From: Podarcis liolepis
Taxonomy: Eukaryota
DNA: 64,000 nt
Reading direction: 5' to 3' (one strand)
Assembly: GCA_965112155.1 (NCBI GenBank)
Contig: OZ218099.1
A program made the position numbers and the translations under genes. Below are positions 25,248 to 37,696 of this stretch, in pieces (the first letter of the stretch is position 1; each line of letters begins with the position of its first letter). Below the pieces are notes generated by a model. The model worked only from the letters and a program-made list of their open reading frames with translations, did not search any database and was not told the origin of the DNA.

Positions 25248-26628
25248 GTGCATCTGTGAGGAAGTCTTGTAGCCTGCGGAGATCGGCGTAGCCACACTTG
25301 AATTGATCTAGGAGACTGATCTGGTCTCGCAGAGTATAGTACAAGTCCGTCAGTTGAGCGAGAGACCGCAGGGCATCCACAGTCTCAGAGTAGCGGGCTG
25401 GGGCCAAAGTGGAGCCAGACTCGGACAATGGCATGGGGGTTGGGGCAGAGAGCAGCGGAGATGCTGGAGGCGTAGCTCCAAGGACAGGCCCAGGGGGCAA
25501 TACAAGCTGCATTCCAGGCTGCGCACCAGCCCCCTCACCAGGCTGGTAACCAAGAGGACTGGGCCAAAGAATCCCAGGCTGACCAAGGTACCCAGCTTGG
25601 GCATCAGGAGAACCAGGATAGAACGGAGGGGGTCCGGGAAATCCAGCTTGTATCCATGGAATGACAGCGCCTCCAGGGAAGGCTTCACCAGGCTGGGCGC
25701 CAAGGACTCCAGGATAGGCTCCAGGATAGGCTCCGGCATAGGGTGCCAGGCCTCCAGGGTAGGCTGTTTCATCTCCAGGTGCGCCAGGCTGGGCCCCAGG
25801 TGCTCCAGGTTGAGCCCCAGGTGCCCCAGGCTGGGCTCCAGGTGCCCCAGGGTATGCCCCGGCTGCTCCAGGGTATGGAGCTTGGGCTCCAGGTGCACCA
25901 GGCTGGGCTCCAGGAGCCCCAGGATAGGCCCCAGGTGCTCCGGGATAGGGTGCTTGGGCTCCAGGGGCTCCGGGATAGGCCCCGGGTGCCCCAGGGTAGG
26001 GTGCTTGGGCTCCAGGAGCACCAGGCTGGGCTCCAGGTGCCCCAGGATAGGCCCCAGGTGCACCGGGATAAGCCCCAGGTGCCCCAGGGTAGGGTGCTTG
26101 GGCTCCAGGAGCACCAGGCTGGGCTCCAGGTGCCCCAGGATAGGCCCCAGGTGCACCGGGATAAGCCCCAGGTGCTCCAGGATAGGGTCCTTGGGCTCCA
26201 GGGGCTCCAGGATAGGCTCCAGGCGCACCGGGATAGGCCCCGGGTGCCCCAGGGTAGGGTGCTCCGGGATAGGCCCCGGGTGCCCCAGGATAGGGTGCTT
26301 GGGCTCCAGGGGCTCCGGGATAGGCCCCAGGTGCCCCAGGATAGGGTGCTTGGGCTCCAGGGGCTCCGGGATAGGCCCCAGGTGCCCCGGGATAGGGTGC
26401 CTGGGCCCCAGGAGCTCCTGGCTGGGTCCCTGGAGCACCAGCAACACCAGGCTGGCCTGGCTGAGCTCCAGGAATGCCTGCTGGAGCACTTCTTGGAGCC
26501 CCTGGTGCACCAGCCGGTGTTCCTTCTCTTCTGTGAGTGCCAGGCAAAGTTCCTGGAGATCCAGGAGTGGCTCTGCTTTCTGGAGAGGTGGCAGAATCAG
26601 TTGGAGAGTGTTGGACTGGACTTGTCAC
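25248..26628 (-). CDS. QRICH2: QRICH2 large low-complexity exon (Pro/Gly/Ala/Tyr repeats)
   Basis: ctag|GTG ACA acceptor, GCAC|gtatgt donor, 1381 nt, phase 0-1, within the 515-aa ORF. Confidence 0.88.
25775..26433 (-). repeat. Coding minisatellite of 21-nt ([14 protein letters not shown]) and 30-nt ([10 protein letters not shown]) units
   Basis: Direct tandem repeats in the large QRICH2 exon. Confidence 0.95.
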
Positions 26629-29600
26629 CTAGAAACATATAGAGAAGAGTGACAAAAGCAGGGGTGGCTTTAGCTCAGGGCATTATCGCAGGCATCTCAC
26701 ATCTTGCAGTTGACTTCATAAGAACATCTCATGTCCACTGTGTATCAGGAACACTACCACCACCTTCAACTGCAGGGCTGCACCAGAGCAAATCCAAGAT
26801 GGCGGCCAGCACCCATGCCACAACCCCTCAGCAAATCCAAGGGCGTTGTCACTTTGGAAGCAGGTCAACTGGTTTTGGATCATCCTTAATTCAAACTAAC
26901 AATACATGCTGCACAATCTGAGGTGTTGACTGGATTGCCCTTAGTTGGGTAAGGCCACAAGAAATGGCCTTTTGAAGTTTCCTAAGTGTCCAAGGACAGT
27001 GTGGTGCAACAGGTAAGATTGCTGGATTCAGATCTAGGAGGCCTTTGATAGGAAATGGCATTCTAAGTGTCACAAGGCGCTGCTGAAATTTGAATGATCC
27101 AAGTCCGCCCCAGTGTCGCTACTGAAAAGCTCATAAACCCTCCTTTGTATAGGAGCAGTGGCTGGGCAATTTCATTCATAAGCTTCAGAGCTTCTCCTTT
27201 GTCCACATTGGGAGTTAACTGTGGTTAACTCACTGATGAGAGGAAGATAATCTGCATGTGCTCCGAGGCAACCTTTCATTACTATTACTTGCCATGTTCA
27301 AGGGGTCTAGGCTGGTATTGAAAATAAGGACCAGAACTGAATGGCATAAACCAGTCCTTTTTCCTCAAATACTTGAATCCCTAGCCTGTATCCCTCTGGT
27401 TCTGCAGTTGTTAGCTTATGCTACCTCTGTCCAAGATCTACAGGGAAATTATGCAGGAATGCATAAGAGCCATCATACACTCAGTCAGAACTACTTTTTC
27501 CCCTGAAATATTATTGCTGTTCAGATCAAAAAGCAGAAACTGACACCTGATCCTGCACTTAATAAGAAAAAGGAAAAAAGCAGGCGCCCATGGATTACAG
27601 CTATTCTCCATCATGAAGACTGCTTTTAGACATAGAAACAGCCTGAAAAGTAACACTCTGCTTCACTAAATTATACCATGTTGACTGAGAGACTGGAAAG
27701 ACTCAGTCATGGAATCAGAGTACATATAAACCAAGAGGGAATATTTCACTGCAGTGATTTCCTTCTATTGAGATTCTTTTAAGTCTGGAGGTAAGAAACG
27801 GCTGGGTCCAGAGCCCAAAGCCTGGCCTCAAACCAATCATTAAGCCATGGAAAGTTGCTACAGTGAAGTGGTATCTTTTTTAGATCTGTACTTTGCACAT
27901 GCACAGATGATCTACAGTGATGAATCTATTGTGCCACTTTAAAACAGTTCATTATTTTGTGGAAACGGGCTATATATCCAAATGCAGGCATTTAACATGC
28001 ATGCAAGTTTTGCCCTAACTGGCCTTATGGGACACTAGCTGCTCTGTGACTCTATGGAAATGTGGAATTAATGATGCTTACGACATTTCTAAATGAGTGC
28101 TTTGGAGCTGCACTGTTTTAAATGTTCTTCAGGGGCCGAAACAATAGCCCATAGGTGTTCTCACATTATTGCTTAGGTGCTAAATTGCTTTTCTCTCTCT
28201 CAAACTCCTGCATGCCTTTGCTCTCAAGTGAAAGAAATACAAACTTGCATAGTCTTTATAACACTGCAACATGGTTATGCTCAGGACACAGATTTTTCTT
28301 CAAGAAACCCATCCAGGAAATGCAGTATGCACAAGAGAACCAAGTGCAAATAAAAACAACAAAGAGCCTTGTGACACCTTAATAACTAATAAATTTATTA
28401 TGGCACAAGCTTTTACGGACTAGAGTTCGCTTCATCAGACTCTTCATGGGGCAAGACGACCTAAGCATTTAACACCAATTATGGCATGACTACACTAGCT
28501 ACCAATTAGTTTCTGGGCTCAACTCTGATTTTGTTGAGTGCTGATTTTGACCTAATGAAGCCTTATGAAGCTAAAGACTCCAATACCTCTTGGACTGCCT
28601 CTTCGCACATGAACCTACCCGGACACAGCAATCATCAGAAAAACTTTGTTGTGTGCCTTCAACAAAGAGAGGTGCGGAGGGTGGCAACATGAGAATGGGC
28701 CTTATGAGAATGGTGGCTCCCCATGTGAGGAATGCTCTCCCCACACCTGATACCATCATTGTCTGCTCCAGGTTCCAGGCTAAAAACATACACAAGATAA
28801 AGACTGACCTTGACCAGTGGGGGAAAGCATTGTTTGTTGTTCTGCCTCAGGCAGAAAAATGTCTGGAGATTGCCTTGTGCAAACAGCTTTGTGCTTCTAA
28901 CATAGGACCCTTTCTAAACACTTACCTTCTTTTGGTGGCAGTGGGAGAATAAAGCACCCATGTCAGTCACACATTCATGTCAGCCATGGGATACAGTCAA
29001 AGGGGAGGGGGTAGAACTAGCATTCTTCAAGGGGATGGGTTGGTTTCTGAGGTTTTAGAAGTATAAGCGGCATGTGCTCAAGCACTGGAGAGTATAAGCA
29101 AAGTCAACCTCCTATGAGGAAAACAGAGATATCCTCCACCTCCCACACTGTCCCCAATTTAAAACCACGTGGATACAGGCCTCACCATGACGCACCAGAA
29201 AATGATGACATGGCCACCTTCCAATAGGCAATTACCAACTTCACAGAAAATACCCATATTGGGGTATAATATTTGCTATTTTTCAGCAAGTACGATTAGT
29301 TTTCTGAATGCTGTATGGACAAACAGGCTGCCAGGCTGAGATGATGTCACCAGGATGGATTAGTGATGCCTGCCAGGAAAACAGATAATGTCCAGAAAGA
29401 CCAATCTCTGAACACTTGTAGCTAGATTAACTTGTGATTTCCATCCTCATGTATCTGCGCATTTTTATGCTAAAAAAGTGGCATTTTTATGTCATGCATT
29501 CGGTGCTTCATTTTTTATTTTTTTTAAAGAGAGATGTTGGGGCTCAAGTCTGTTTGGAAACATCACTTTCTGTTCCGAAGGCTTTCCTTGCACCCCGCCC

Positions 29601-30225
29601 AACAATATTCCTGATGGTTGAAAATACTCTGCAGTTATTCAGTAGCAAGGGGAATGCACCCTGCATCTGGCTTAAGGGCACTTTCATTTAGCTTTACTTT
29701 TCGTATTCTGGGCTTGAAACTGTAGCTGAGCTGCTGGCAGATTCTGTGGCTGAGTCCTGGCAGAACAAATAAAGCCCTGTAGTATCTTCATCCAGCATCT
29801 GCCAAGATAGTGACCAGACAGATGGCAAGCAGTGGAGGTCAATGGAAAGGTCCAGAACAATCTATGTGAGCCATACACTAGCTCGTCATCAACTTTGTTG
29901 CATGCTTATTAAATACAAAAGGCAGAAAACGAAGCCCCACATTGGGCTGATCAGAGGCCACTGAAAATTAGCACAAAATAAATGTTACCCCCACCCCTGG
30001 AACTGGCCATAAGGTGATGAAGAAATGTGCTTCATGGTGCACAGATTGTACGTAGAAAACTCTTTTTGTACACAATAATATAGGTCTAAGTGAAGGGGAT
30101 AAATAGGACATGGAATTCAACATATAAAGGATGCATGCACTGTCTTGGTATTTTTCATGAAGAAAACGTTCATGTGCAAACCTTTTATCCTCCAATCTTC
30201 ATTTTGCTACACAAATCATACTCAC

Positions 30226-30339
30226 AGGAGATGGGCTCCTCTTCCCTTTCACAAGGACGTCCTCTAGAACGTCCCACCGCACCATATTGCTCATCTCCTC
30301 TGGGGAAGGAAACTGGCTCAGCCTCTTCTCTAAGTCTTT
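30226..30339 (-). CDS. QRICH2: QRICH2 coding exon 4 (KDLEKRLSQFPSPEEMSNMVRWDVLEDVLVKGKRSPSP)
   Basis: tgtag acceptor, gtgagt donor, 114 nt, phase 0-0; FPSPEE..V.WDVLED motif. Confidence 0.85.
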
Positions 30340-30571
30340 CTACAGACAAACAAAAACATTAAAGAGGTCACACTTTATTCCCCATGAATAGTATGGAAGA
30401 GGCCATTGCAGCCACCTTCATTTATTCTTCATTAGGAACCCTGGCTGTGTAGAGGTATCAGATGACTAGGATACATACCAGCGAAGAGCTAGTGGGTACA
30501 TCAAACTATCGGACAACCCTTTTTGGAGAAGTGTCAACAGGGCAGGGATGGGAAGGTGCTGAATGTTGCAA

Positions 30572-30573
<2 letters not shown>

Positions 30574-30611
<38 letters not shown>
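30574..30611. repeat. (CA)n microsatellite
   Basis: Seen directly. Confidence 0.95.
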
Positions 30612-30613
<2 letters not shown>

Positions 30614-30991
30614 GATTAGTAGGTGCTGCTTGAACTAACCAGTGAGGGTACATCTTCAAGGCAGCTTCTGATGCTATGAATCTGATACATTAGCACAAAG
30701 CTGGGAGTACAGAAAATGAACAAATCATGTGCCAGCGAGTGGCTGGGTTCCCCTCTATGGACAAATTGAGCACTGTATGCTAGTCTGACACTGCAGATGT
30801 GCTGGAACAGGCAGGGTGGGGAAGTAGGCTTGGGACCAGTGTGGATGGAATTTGCCAATGCCTATTGACCATGGCAATCAGATAGGACACTGAATTTACA
30901 TCTGATCCTCTGCAAAACTAGCACACAGCAGGAAGAGGTTGCTATCTGCATGGAGACTGGTGTTCTGTAGAGGAGCTGTGTAGGAACATAC

Positions 30992-31063
30992 CACTTCATT
31001 GTCCAAACTTATCTGATCACTTAAGCAAGTCTTCAGTCGATCGTCAAATGCATGGGGGTCCAA
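30992..31063 (-). CDS. QRICH2: QRICH2 coding exon 3 (LDPHAFDDRLKTCLSDQISLDNEV)
   Basis: Strong pyrimidine tract + cag, gtatgt donor, 72 nt, phase 0-0. Confidence 0.8.
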
Positions 31064-31780
31064 CTGCGAAAGGAAGGAAAAGATAATTTAGGATTTCCCC
31101 AGGCTGCTCAGGAATAATGTATGAGTGCAAACATGTTCTAATATTGTAAAAAGGAGCACTGCAAAAGTGAGCTTGTTTTCCCACACTTTTAGAATACAAG
31201 AGGTGAGCACCTGGGGAAAAGCCTTGCAGGGAAAATAAAACTCAAGCACCTTTATGCATGCCCAGTTCACAGCAAATGCATAGCACAGGGGGCCATTTTC
31301 CCTCCCAACAAGCCTTTGGGGACAGAAGCAAACATCACGTTTCCAAGAGAACAAAGAAACAAAAGCACAGCCCAGAAACCTGCATTGCTCTCATGGGATA
31401 GCCTCTGGGGATGTATCTGGGTATTCAATATTGCTCAAAAATACACAGTATTAAGCATAGCATCCCAGTGCCTGCTATGAATATGCCAGGTTGAGTTTTG
31501 GATTGCCAAGGCTGAGAACGGCTTCTTCCAACACTTCCAGACCTATTGCTAGGCCTGGGGCAAATAATACACAATGACAATCAGCCGATTTCTTTAACAG
31601 TAGGTCTCCCCAATCAAAATGGGAGCGAAGTTCCAGTTTGACAAACATACTGAACATGTGGGATAGACTGCTGAACCTCTCATCCTCTCAGTGTTGCTTT
31701 CCTCCTGAACTCTGAGGGGTTAGGTGGACCCAACAGGAAAAGTGGTTAAATAGAAGGAAATAAGGGGTGGACTAGTTTAC

Positions 31781-31885
31781 CAATGCTAAGTGATCCTTGA
31801 TTTTTTGTACTTCATCCTCTAAATTGGCTGTGGCTGCCTTCATTTTGCCAGCCTCATCTATGACATCCTGCAACAAAGATATGGC
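31781..31885 (-). CDS. QRICH2: QRICH2 coding exon 2 (AISLLQDVIDEAGKMKAATANLEDEVQKIKDHLAL)
   Basis: tctag acceptor, gtaaac donor, 105 nt, phase 0-0, open coiled-coil-like frame. Confidence 0.85.
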
Positions 31886-33014
31886 CTAGAATACAAAAAG
31901 AGATACAATATCAGTGAAAGGAATGAATGCATGGACTCCTCTAAATATCAGCCTAAATATAATTTCCAACTGACAAGAAGCTACCATGTGTTTCCTAATG
32001 TCTCTGACTGCCAAAGACAGAAGACATACTGTAGGAAACCTATTTTCAGGTCTTACAGAGCCCATTCCCACTTTACTCTAAGCAGCCTACGCTGGGGAGG
32101 AGCTGTTTTCCCAGGATAAACTACATCCAAAAGAGGAAAAGAGGGAACAGCATCAATATAGCTCCCCAAAAGCCCACTACCTACTGCAAGGTGGTAGGAC
32201 AGAACATATTGAGCAAGGGCAAGGGGGTCCTCCAACAATTTTTTGATGCCCAATATGTTTTAACCATTCGCTTTTCTGCAGAGGCAACAATATTTTTCTA
32301 AACTTCAGTATAAGAAAGTCAACTATCTTCAAGCAGGTACAAACTCTTTATCTTGAAATTCAGGTATTATTGCCTTTAAAAGAGTGCTGATGCACAGGAG
32401 CACCTTAGGCGTCTAAAATAGGGCTGCCATACATCTGGGATTTAAAAGGCAGAATTGACGTCCAGGGGGATTTCTGGAAGGCGGCGCTTTGTTCTGGCAA
32501 GTCATTAAAAAAAGATTGTGTTTCTTTGGCATTTTTGTAGAAAAACAACTTTCAGGGGGACCTGGTTCTTACTTTTTGAAATATGGCAACCCTATCTATA
32601 ATACTTGTCAGATCCTATCCCAGCACCTTCAGATTTGCACACAAACACCCGACTAGATCTGTACTTCAGGATTAACATAGGGGATTGGCATTAGACATCT
32701 GACTATACTCTGGAGCCGCCTGGTCCTGGCCACTACTGCCCATTCAGCCTTGCTCTCCAAGTGAGTAAAGTAAGGAGAAGGAGCAGTAACTTCCACAAGC
32801 TTGTCCCTCTGGGAAGTGGTGCAGATTAGGTCCGGAGGAAGAGACAAGTGAATGGGCAGTGATAAGAAGGAAGTGGGTGCCGTCAGAGATCTTGCCCAAG
32901 CCCTTCCAAAAATGAAACCTAGAACCAGGACAGCTTTCCAGCAGGACTGCTACACTTTCCCTAAATAGCTTAATAGCCTCATAGGGATGATGTAGTGGTT
33001 GTGGAATAAAGATA

Positions 33015-33985
33015 CAGTGGTACCTCAGGTTACATACACTTCAGGTTACATACGCTTCAGGTTACAGACTCTGCTAACCCAGAAATAGTGCTTCAGGTTA
33101 AGAACTTTGCTTCAGGATGAGAACAGAAATCGTGCTCCGGCGGCGCGACAGGAGCAGGAGGCCCCATTAGATAAAGATTGAGGTTGAATCCTGACAAGAC
33201 AGAAGTACTGTTTTGGGGGGACAGGCGGGTGTGGGGGATTTCCTGGTCCTGAATGGGGTAACTGTGCCCCTGAAGGACCAGGTGCGCAGCCTGGGAGTCA
33301 TTTTGGACTCACAGCTGTCCATGGAGGCACAGGTTAATTCTGTGTCCAGGGCAGCTGTTTACCAGCTCCACCTGGTACGCAGGCTAAGACCCTACCTGCC
33401 CGTGGACTGTCTCACCAGAGTGGTGCATGCTCTAGTTATCTCCCGCTTGGACTACTGCAACGTGCTCTACCTTTGAAGGTGACCCGGAAACTGCAATTAA
33501 TCCAGAATGCGGCAGCTAGACTGGTGACTGGGAGTGGCCACCGGGACCACATAACACCGGTTCTGAGAGATCTGCATTGGCTCCCAGTACGTTTCCGAGC
33601 ACAATTAAAAGTGTTGGTGCTGACCTTTAAAGCCCTAAACGGCCTCAGTCCTGAATACCTGAAGGAGCGTCTCCACCCCCATCGTTCAGCCCGCACACTG
33701 AGATCCAGCACCGAGGGCCTTCTGCCGGTTCCCTCATTGCGAGAAGTAAGGTTACAGGGAACCAGGCAGAGGGCCTTCTCGGTAGTGGCGCCCACCCTGT
33801 GGAACACCCTCCCTTCAGATGTGAAGGAAATAAGTAGCTATCCTATCTTTAAAAGACATCTGAAGGAAGCCCTGTTCAGGGTATTTTTTAATATTTAACG
33901 CTGTATTGTTTTTAATACTTAATTGGGAGCTGCCCAGAATGGCTGGGGAAACTCAGCCAGATGGGCGGGGTTTAAATAATAAATT

Positions 33986-34030
<45 letters not shown>

Positions 34031-34104
34031 ATAAAGTTAAGAACAGTTTCAGGTTAAGTACGGACCTCTGGAACGAATTAAGTACTTAACCTGAGGTACC
34101 ACTG
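33015..34104. mobile_element. Tc1/mariner-type MITE interrupted by an L2 insertion
   Basis: TA-CAGTGGTACCTC and GAGGTACCACTG-TA ends; halves at 33015-33176 and 34031-34104. Confidence 0.85.
33177..34030 (+). mobile_element. 5'-truncated L2-clade LINE (ORF2 C-terminus, 3' UTR, (TTG)n tail)
   Basis: LRLNPDKTEVL, SLGVILDSQLSM, ISRLDYCN, LQLIQNAAARLV, HITPVLRDLHWLPV motifs with frameshifts; flanked by ataaag duplication. Confidence 0.9.
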
Positions 34105-35501
34105 TACTGGTTTTCTTCAACCCTGCTTCCTCCCTAAATAGTTTACCTGCCTCAAGTTTTATGTGCCTCTTGATTCTGGTGTTATGAAGAGTCACATTTA
34201 TGGTAGCTATTCCCTATGTACTTAAAGCCATGCATAAGGAAAACAGCATAGCTTTCACTTGCACCACAGGAGATGCATGGTGATTCTTAGAAAGTTGGTT
34301 TGGAGCCAGAAGAAAACCCAACAGAGCAGTCTTAAGATTCCAGTAGGATTATGTGGATGGTGGGGGGGGGGGGGAAATAGTCTGCTACCTTGCTCACCAG
34401 GACATGAACAGAATAAAGGCAACATTCTCAAAGTAAGTTTCTAGTTCTCCTGTTGGCTACAAAAACAAACCAACCATAAAATGTGCTTGCAATATGTGCT
34501 GTCATTAATGTCCCTCAAGTTCATTCACACACAAGTCCACGGTGAGGAGCTTTTATGTCCTGGTATTGGTTGTCTTGACTAATCTGATAAGGCCTAGGCA
34601 ATGAATCATCTACTAAAGGAAATAATCAAGTCTCTGTCTTGCTTTGTTGTGGAAGCCTCCCCAAATAGGAACCAGGAAATAGTACTGTAGTTCAAATTCA
34701 CTAAATGATTACATTTCCTACCACCCTCTTCAATGCACTAGACACCAGGAGGTTAGTTGAAAATCAGAATAGCAGCTATCTCACTAAGAATTCAAGTATA
34801 GACTTGTCCCAGGCCTTTGCCAGATGCGACTGGACATAACAATTTGCTGCTCATTAACTCATAGGCAGTTTCACACAGAGCTTGCCCTGTCATCACTATC
34901 CACTCTGAATCTGGAATACTTATGAGCATGTACTTATTGCTATAGCATGTTGTCTGGGGGGACTCTATACTGCAAAATGCTCCTGTTCTTCTTATCTAAT
35001 GAAACATAGAAATCTGATAAATATTATATACGCTGATTAATTCAATTTAATATACCACTTTTCAGTTGACTCTCACAAAGCAGTTTACATTAAAATCTTA
35101 AAACAAGAGGCAGCAATTAAATCTATAGAATAAGCCAGCCAAGATAATCTACAAGAGGGATATTTTTTGAAAGCTACATCTCCCCTTCCCACAGGTAAAG
35201 AGGTTCTTTGAGTAGCCCTGGGGTGGCGGTTAGGGAGGGAGAGGTCACCTCAACTCCAATACTGGGAACCAGGTTGTAGGCAGCTCTCCAGGCCAGTTTG
35301 TCTTTAGTCTCTCCTCCCTTCAGGGAAAGATGGTCCTCAGAAGGCCCCATAGTGGTGGATAGTAGAGATGGAAACCACCTCACTCACTCGCAAATGTCTG
35401 TATATGAGTGTATGTCTGTGTCCAGAAGGACTGGAATTCAGTCCCAGATGGCGAAAACGGAAAGTGGAGCCTTCAGTGCTCCCAGCGGGGATTGGAGCTC
35501 A

Positions 35502-35502
<1 letters not shown>

Positions 35503-35535
<33 letters not shown>
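35503..35535. repeat. (CA)n microsatellite
   Basis: Seen directly. Confidence 0.95.
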
Positions 35536-35537
<2 letters not shown>

Positions 35538-36178
35538 CTCCTACCAAAACTGCATTCATATTCATTTGTTATCAGCACTATACAGACGATAACTAGACCT
35601 AACTAACTGGAAGGCTGCCTGATTTAAAACATCCTGGTGTGTGCATCAAGAGATGGCTAGAACTAACAGGCCAAAGCCAGGCCAAGAGACATTTTGCTGC
35701 CTGAGGTGAGGGAGAAGATGGTGCTCCCCTTTTCCACATACAAAAGGCCATTCAACTGGCGGCTGAAACTTACTCCAGTGCTGGTTGACAGAGACAGCAG
35801 CAGCATCCTGAGAGCAGCAGGTTAGCTTAGGGGGCACAGGACAGACTGCATGGCAGGACTGGGGGGGGGGGTGCCGTTACTGCCCCCAAAACCTCCCTCA
35901 CTCTGCCACAGAGGTGGAAAAGCTCAGCCTCAGGGACCAAATGTGGCCTTCTAGAATTCACTGTCTGGTCCTCAGGACTCTCTCCATGCCACACCCTTTC
36001 TCCCTAGGCCCCAACCCTCCCTGCCCCTGCTGTGCTCCTTCCTTGACTGTTTTTGCCTTGCTGGTCTGTGTCCTTGAACTCTGATAATGCCTCTTGCTTG
36101 CCTAGATAGAGGGGATAGAGAAGAGTGTGGGAGCATGTGCACAAACTAGTCTACTGTACAAAGATGAGATTTACATTG

Positions 36179-36397
36179 CAGTGGTACCTTGGGTTAAGAA
36201 CTTAATTTGTTCTGGAGGTCTGTTCTTAACCTGAAACTGTTTTTAACCTGAAGCACCACTTTAGCTATGGGGCCTCCCACTGCGCCGCCACTGCACGATT
36301 TCTGTTCTCATCCTGAAGCAAAGTTCTTAACCCGAGGTAATATTTCTGGGTTAGCGGAGTCTGTAAACTGAAGCGTATGTAACCCGAGGTACCACTG
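36179..36397. mobile_element. Tc1/mariner-type MITE, opposite orientation to the 33015 copy, apparently inside an older hAT-like element (about 35908-36515)
   Basis: CAGTGGTACC...GGTACCACTG TIRs; internal sequence is the reverse complement of the 10149 copy. Confidence 0.8.
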
Positions 36398-37696
36398 TAA
36401 TTGCTCCACCAACATTTTGTTCTGGACTGGTCCCATCCACTAGTGGCATGTGGCTCCTGGAAGACTGCCCAGATAGGAATGTGGCCCTCAGGCTGAAAAA
36501 TATTCCATGTCTCTGCTCTATTTAATGTTATTCCTATGCACGGAATACAGGGAACGGACTCCTGCCCACCCAGCTGGGGTCTCAGCACAAGCCAGAATAA
36601 GCCAGCTTCTAAATAGCAAGAGATGAGTCTCTACATGTCCAACTCACTGGAGCATCTAGAACTAATGGAAACTTAAGGAATGCAAGATATTTCAACTGCT
36701 CCTTCAGTTGCCTGTTGCAAAGCTTAGCTCTGCTGGGAGACAATCTTGGCATAGCATACCTCACAGTTCACAAACTGTGCTGCCTTTGGTTCACCAATTC
36801 TAATGCAGGGAAAGATGTTCAGGGCAGAGGGTGGGGGCACACAGTGTTACTGGCATCCATCCAGCTTTCCACTTTAGCTAGTCCCAGTGCTCCTTTGACA
36901 GGTAAATCAATGCCTGTCTGGTGTAACTTAGCAAATCCTCTGGATTTCTCAGAACTTTAGCAAAACAATGATTTCTCTGTTGCCAATGACTTTACGAAGC
37001 ACTACAAGTAACGAAAGCTTTGGCATGAACTGTTTTTGAAATGTATGAACCAACATTTTAATAATCAGTCGCTTGAAAGAGTATTCAAACTCTTAAGTCA
37101 AAAACGTAAAACAGGAATTAATACTAATTCTGGAAATTTGAAGGTGAAGCTTGTATTGACAAGGTACCTAGATGTAAATACCAAGTGCATACTTGGTGCA
37201 TTTTCTTAAGGGTTACTAAATGATTCCATGGGGAAACATTTATTTATGCTTCTGTTCATAATTCCAGGAGGCATCACCTCCACAGAGGAATACGTGTGAA
37301 GCTTCAGGTACTGCCAAGATCTGCACAACAGATCTAGAATCACGGTGCAGCAGTTTATGGTGTTTGCCAACACAACATAACAATGCATAATAGTTCTCTT
37401 TGTCTCTTCACTCCAACACAAGTTGACAGTTAAACATCTTTGGAGCGGGGTGAAACTTTCAGAAAGGAATGATTGACAGCTTGCTGTACCGTATCCCTGC
37501 AGCGAGCTAGGCCTTTAAAGGAAAAAAAAACCAAACCAAAACAGTCCGTATGCCCATCATGCCTCCTTCAAAAACTAGTCTAAAATTAATATTGTTCACA
37601 ATCGCTATAAAGGGCACTCTTAACTCAATTCTGATGTAACCTTTGCATGCCCCTGAAATTTCTACAATCTGGGTGTTTTTTTAATCGTTCACATAC

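Noticed and set aside
25775-26433. CRISPR-like array or other prokaryotic system
   Set aside because: The repeats are contiguous coding units without unique spacers, and the window is vertebrate intron-exon DNA.
25350-26652. Long overlapping ORFs (432-aa Arg/Ser/Gly-rich and 299-aa on +, 386-aa on -)
   Set aside because: Expected by-products of a GC-rich, stop-free tandem repeat; only the Pro/Gly/Ala frame fits the splice phases of the neighbouring QRICH2 exons.
29698-29756. Candidate 59-nt QRICH2 exon (DSATESASSSATVSSPEYE)
   Set aside because: Acceptor is plausible, but the donor is weak and the exon ends in phase 2, incompatible with the phase-0 acceptor at 26628; read-through hits a stop. 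Cannot be supported without RNA data.
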